Shown here in pieces: positions 60,301 through 64,000 of a stretch of 64,000 nt of DNA (positions within the stretch are counted from its first letter, which is position 1; each line of letters begins with the position of its first letter). The position numbers and the translations under genes are program-made. This DNA comes from Rhynchopus sp. YZ270_cl-10. Its lineage: Eukaryota. The notes under the pieces are model-generated. The model did no database searches, was not told the origin of the DNA, and saw only the letters and a program-made list of their open reading frames with translations. The stretch lies in assembly GCA_964035575.1 (NCBI GenBank), contig OZ037835.1, forward strand, positions 2,170,001 through 2,234,000, given 5' to 3'.

Positions 60301-60530
60301 TTCACACAACTTTGTCAAAACATGGCCAGTTTCGAAAGAGACTGGCCTTTTTTACGTTAACATCACCTTGTGCAAACCCAAAAAACACACATGATTCCCA
60401 TGTTCTTCGAATATTTTGGTGATTAGGATATGTGTAATGCTCAGATTAAATTGTACGACCACGCAATTGACTCAAATGAGCCCAAATATCCCGTATTCCC
60501 AAGATTTTTGGACTTTCGAGCACATTGGGC
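54330..60530. repeat. Large foldback-like non-coding block: ~130-190 bp repeats in direct orientation (54330-55300) and inverted (58760-59170, 60420-60530)
   Basis: TTGGGCACATCTGAG(T/C)..ATTGCGGGGTCG..GAGCATCACA units on the left. Reverse complements such as CCCCGCAATTGACTCAAATGTGCCCAAAA (~58973) and ACGACCACGCAATTGACTCAAATGAGCCCAAA (~60455) on the right. Confidence 0.75.
59190..60400. repeat. ~435-bp tandem repeat, ~3 copies
   Basis: GGCAACCAACGATTTCTAAAGCTACAGTTTCTGTACTTCATTGGTATGGAAGCATGAAG at ~59363, 59801 and 60233. Confidence 0.9.
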
Positions 60531-61280
60531 CCGTAAACCCGCAAACCCGTAAAACCCGCAAACCCGCAAACCCGCAAACCCGCAAACCCGCAAACCCGCA
60601 AACCCGCAAACCCGCAAACCCGCAAACCCGCAAACCCGCAAACCCGCAAACCCGCAAACCCGCAAACCCGCAAACCCGCAAACCCGCAAACCCGCAAACC
60701 CGCAAACCCGCAAACCCGCAAACCCGCAAACCCGCAAACCCGCAAACCCGCAAACCCGCAAACCCGCAAACCCGCAAACCCGCAAACCCGCAAACCCGCA
60801 AACCCGCAAACCCGCAAACCCGCAAACCCGCAAACCCGCAAACCCGCAAACCCGTAAACCCGCAAACCCGCAAACCCGCAAACCCGCAAACCCGCAAACC
60901 CGCAAACCCGCAAACCCGCAAACCCGTAAACCCGCAAACCCGCAAACCCGCAAACCCGCAAACCCGCAAACCCGCAAACCCGCAAACCCGCAAACCCGCA
61001 AACCCGCAAACCCGCAAACCCGCAAACCCGCAAACCCGCAAACCCGCAAACCCGCAAACCCGCAAACCCGCAAACCCGCAAACCCGCAAACCCGCAAACC
61101 CGCAAACCCGTAAACCCGCAAACCCGCAAACCCGCAAACCCGCAAACCCGCAAACCCGCAAACCCGCAAACCCGCAAACCCGCAAACCCGCAAACCCGCA
61201 AACCCGCAAACCCGCAAACCCGCAAACCCGCAAACCCGCAAACCCGCAAACCCGCAAACCCGCAAACCCGCAAACCCGCA
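60531..61280. repeat. (AAACCCGC)n tandem repeat, ~90 copies with occasional AAACCCGT
   Basis: Direct reading. Confidence 0.98.
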
Positions 61281-63082
61281 CAAGAAGGAAGCTCGCTAAT
61301 ATGTGGCCGGCTGGTGTGGTTATGAGGCTACACCACTATTTTGTGTTGATGCGATTAAGGTATGAGTAATGATATGTAAACACGTAATGTAACCTAAAAT
61401 TTAATGGCAAAGCTGAATGCCACTGAAAAGCATGCATGAGGCATGATGGGGTGGGTATGAGGCATTTTGCTCCGCCGTGAATACTGCTGGCATGAGTGAT
61501 TACTATGTACAGAGTAATATATTATTATTCCGCAATTTATAGGAACGTGTCATAAACTGTAGCAAGATGGTATGGTTTAGAGGTATTTTGGTCTGCAGAT
61601 TATTTATGGCAGGATTTGGGCGCTAATAACAACTGATTTGAATAAATAATGCTAAAAACAGCAGGTTTGTGTAGTTGAGAGGCTATTTGGCTCCGCAGAG
61701 AATATTGACTGCAATAGACTGGTGTGGCCGCAAACCCAAAAAGATTACGGAAATAAGCTTGCTAAAATGTGGCAGGATGGTTTGGTAGTGAGGCATATGG
61801 CTACTCCACGAACGTGTTTAACTGTCTTCATAAGATGTAATATTCCGCAAACGCTGGCACAAACTGCATTCAATATTATGAATGGTCAACATGAAAGGGC
61901 AATGAATGTCATGCAAAATGACGCCGGATGGTGTGGGTTAGAGGCAGGTTGCTCTTCTGAGAATTATTTGCTGTTGGAATGACTGATACTTATAGTATTA
62001 GATTACAATAAAGCTCCCTGAAGTGTAGCAGCCTTTAGTCACATTTAGCTACTGATTAGAAAAAATTCTGCTAAATATAGCAGGTTCGTGTTGTTGAGGA
62101 TATTTTGCTCTGCAGCTAATGTTGACTGCTGCCACATAACAGACTGATTCTGTGCTTGTGAAGCTATTTGGCTCTGAGACACAATATCACTCATATGTGA
62201 GAAGTAATCACGAAAAGTTACACCAGTGCTAATAATATGGTGGTTTTCTGGTCCACACAAAACACCAAAATCATGTAAATACTGATGCATGTTCAAAAAG
62301 TTTTTCAAGCTCACTTTAATGTGCCCAGCTGGTATTTGAGAGATATTCTGCTGAAATAATTCAGCTGTGAAGAAAGCTCGGAAGTATATTTAATGGTATG
62401 GGTGTGAAGCTAATTTGTTCAGGAAATAATATTTGGAAGAATGTTAGAATGTTAGAATACATGGCAGGATGAAGTCGTTTTAAAGATATGTAGCTCCGAC
62501 ATACTTATAATTCGTATATTTCAGTTTTGAATCCCTGTATCTCTGAAGGCAATGACTCATGTATGTTTGTGCACTTACTCATGCATGTAAACATAGACGG
62601 CATCTTACATATGTGTGTGCTTGTGAGCGTACATAGCTCGACACGAATATCACGAACACAGTAACCAAACATAAAAGCACGTGACATGCTGGTGAGCATC
62701 CCCCATTGTAATATCATATTGTTCCTCTACCATATGTTTCTCTTGCTCGACACATCTCTTATGACAGTAAGATCCGCACATATCTCCCACATCTCTCTAT
62801 CTACCATCTCGAGGAGGCCCTTTATCCACCAATTTCCCACCACTTCCACCTTCTCGGCACTGATGAAGTGTTCTCTTTCTCGAGCATTCCCTCACCCAAA
62901 AACACATGTAAATCTACAAAATAATCTCAAATCAGGACTCCCAAACTTCAAAAATTTTTCTGGGGGGGCACTGCCCCCCCAGACCCCCCGTGCTCCGCTC
63001 GCCTTCACGCTGCGCGTAAAGGCTCGCTCCGCTCTCCCTCGCGCCCCCACCCCGCTGCGCGGGGTGGGTGCGCTCGTTCGAA

Positions 63083-64000
63083 AGTCCATTAAAGCAACAG
63101 ATTTGATGTTTTGAGTAGTTGTGGTTAAATGTGGCGAAATTTCACGGCTATTTTATACATAGTACACGGTAGCATAGGGTATTTATATCCATTTTCAATT
63201 TTTAAATATCGCCAGATGCCCAGGACTGGCACACCCGGTACGCCACGTCGTTTTTGGGCCCCACTCTATCAGAGAATCATGTCAGATATGCAAGGTCTGT
63301 CTATTCCAAGTGACCCTGGGAAGCGACCGTTTACGACCCCTCAAACCCGTAATAACTGGATACCTACTGGCTGTATAAAACTGCCACACACATTTTAGGT
63401 ATTAAACACTTGTCAACCACACTGAACCCAAAACATCACCCCGTTTCTCGGCAGCAGTCTACCGGAGAATCACATCAGACTTGCTCGGACGACGCAAACT
63501 TGGCACTTGGGAGACTCCCCATTTACGACCCCGCAAACCCGTAATAATTAGATACAGAGAGGCACAAATAGTGGAAATTTTCTTTTTGACAAAATTTTAG
63601 GTGCTCTAACATGGAATCTGACCCCCATGTCCAGGTTATAAAAATGCTCTCTGAGTCCATTAAAGCAACAGATTTGATGTTTTGAGTAGTTGTGGTTAAA
63701 TGTGGCGAAATTTCACGGCTATTTTATACATAGTACACGGTAGCATAGGGTATTTATATCCATTTTCAATTTTTAAATATCGCCAGATGCCCAGGACTGG
63801 CACACCCGGTACGCCACGTCGTTTTTGGGCCCCACTCTATCAGAGAATCATGTCAGATATGCAAGGTCTGTCTATTCCAAGTGACCCTGGGAAGCGACCG
63901 TTTACGACCCCTCAAACCCGTAATAACTGGATACCTACTGGCTGTATAAAACTGCCACACACATTTTAGGTATTAAACACTTGTCAACCACACTGAACCC
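63083..64000. repeat. 571-bp tandem repeat running off the window end
   Basis: AGTCCATTAAAGCAACAGATTTG at 63083 and 63654; identical spurious ORFs at 63129 and 63700. Confidence 0.95.

Noticed and set aside
60416..61369. ORFs of RKPANPQT / GFAGLRVC repeats; possible telomere
   Set aside because: Translations of an 8-bp tandem repeat. The array is internal, with complex sequence on both sides, and is not TTAGGG.

Overview
Repeat-rich eukaryotic DNA, most likely from a euglenozoan protist such as a diplonemid. This is an inference: all credible genes lie on the + strand, are nearly intron-free, have CA-rich leaders, and include receptor-type class III cyclases. Gene content: (1) two near-identical tandem copies of a scramblase/Tubby-C-like gene; (2) a sterol desaturase/fatty acid hydroxylase; (3) a receptor adenylate cyclase whose ectodomain is a bacterial-type sugar-binding protein plus an Fn3-associated module; (4) a HAMP-containing receptor with a degenerate cyclase domain; (5) a cluster of at least six ubiquitin-like + 25-aa LRR genes/pseudogenes with variable repeat number, ending in either CaaX or an NLS-like tail; (6) a hAT transposase whose apparent frameshift is resolved by a 46-nt GT-AG intron. 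Intergenic DNA holds nested TIR elements (some with readable TSDs), microsatellites and SSU-rRNA-like fragments. It also holds two relic tyrosine-recombinase (Crypton-like) elements that share an 'inverted-repeat cassette + twin-loop cruciform' layout, with the recombinase cassette in opposite orientations. All calls were made by eye; no searches were run.
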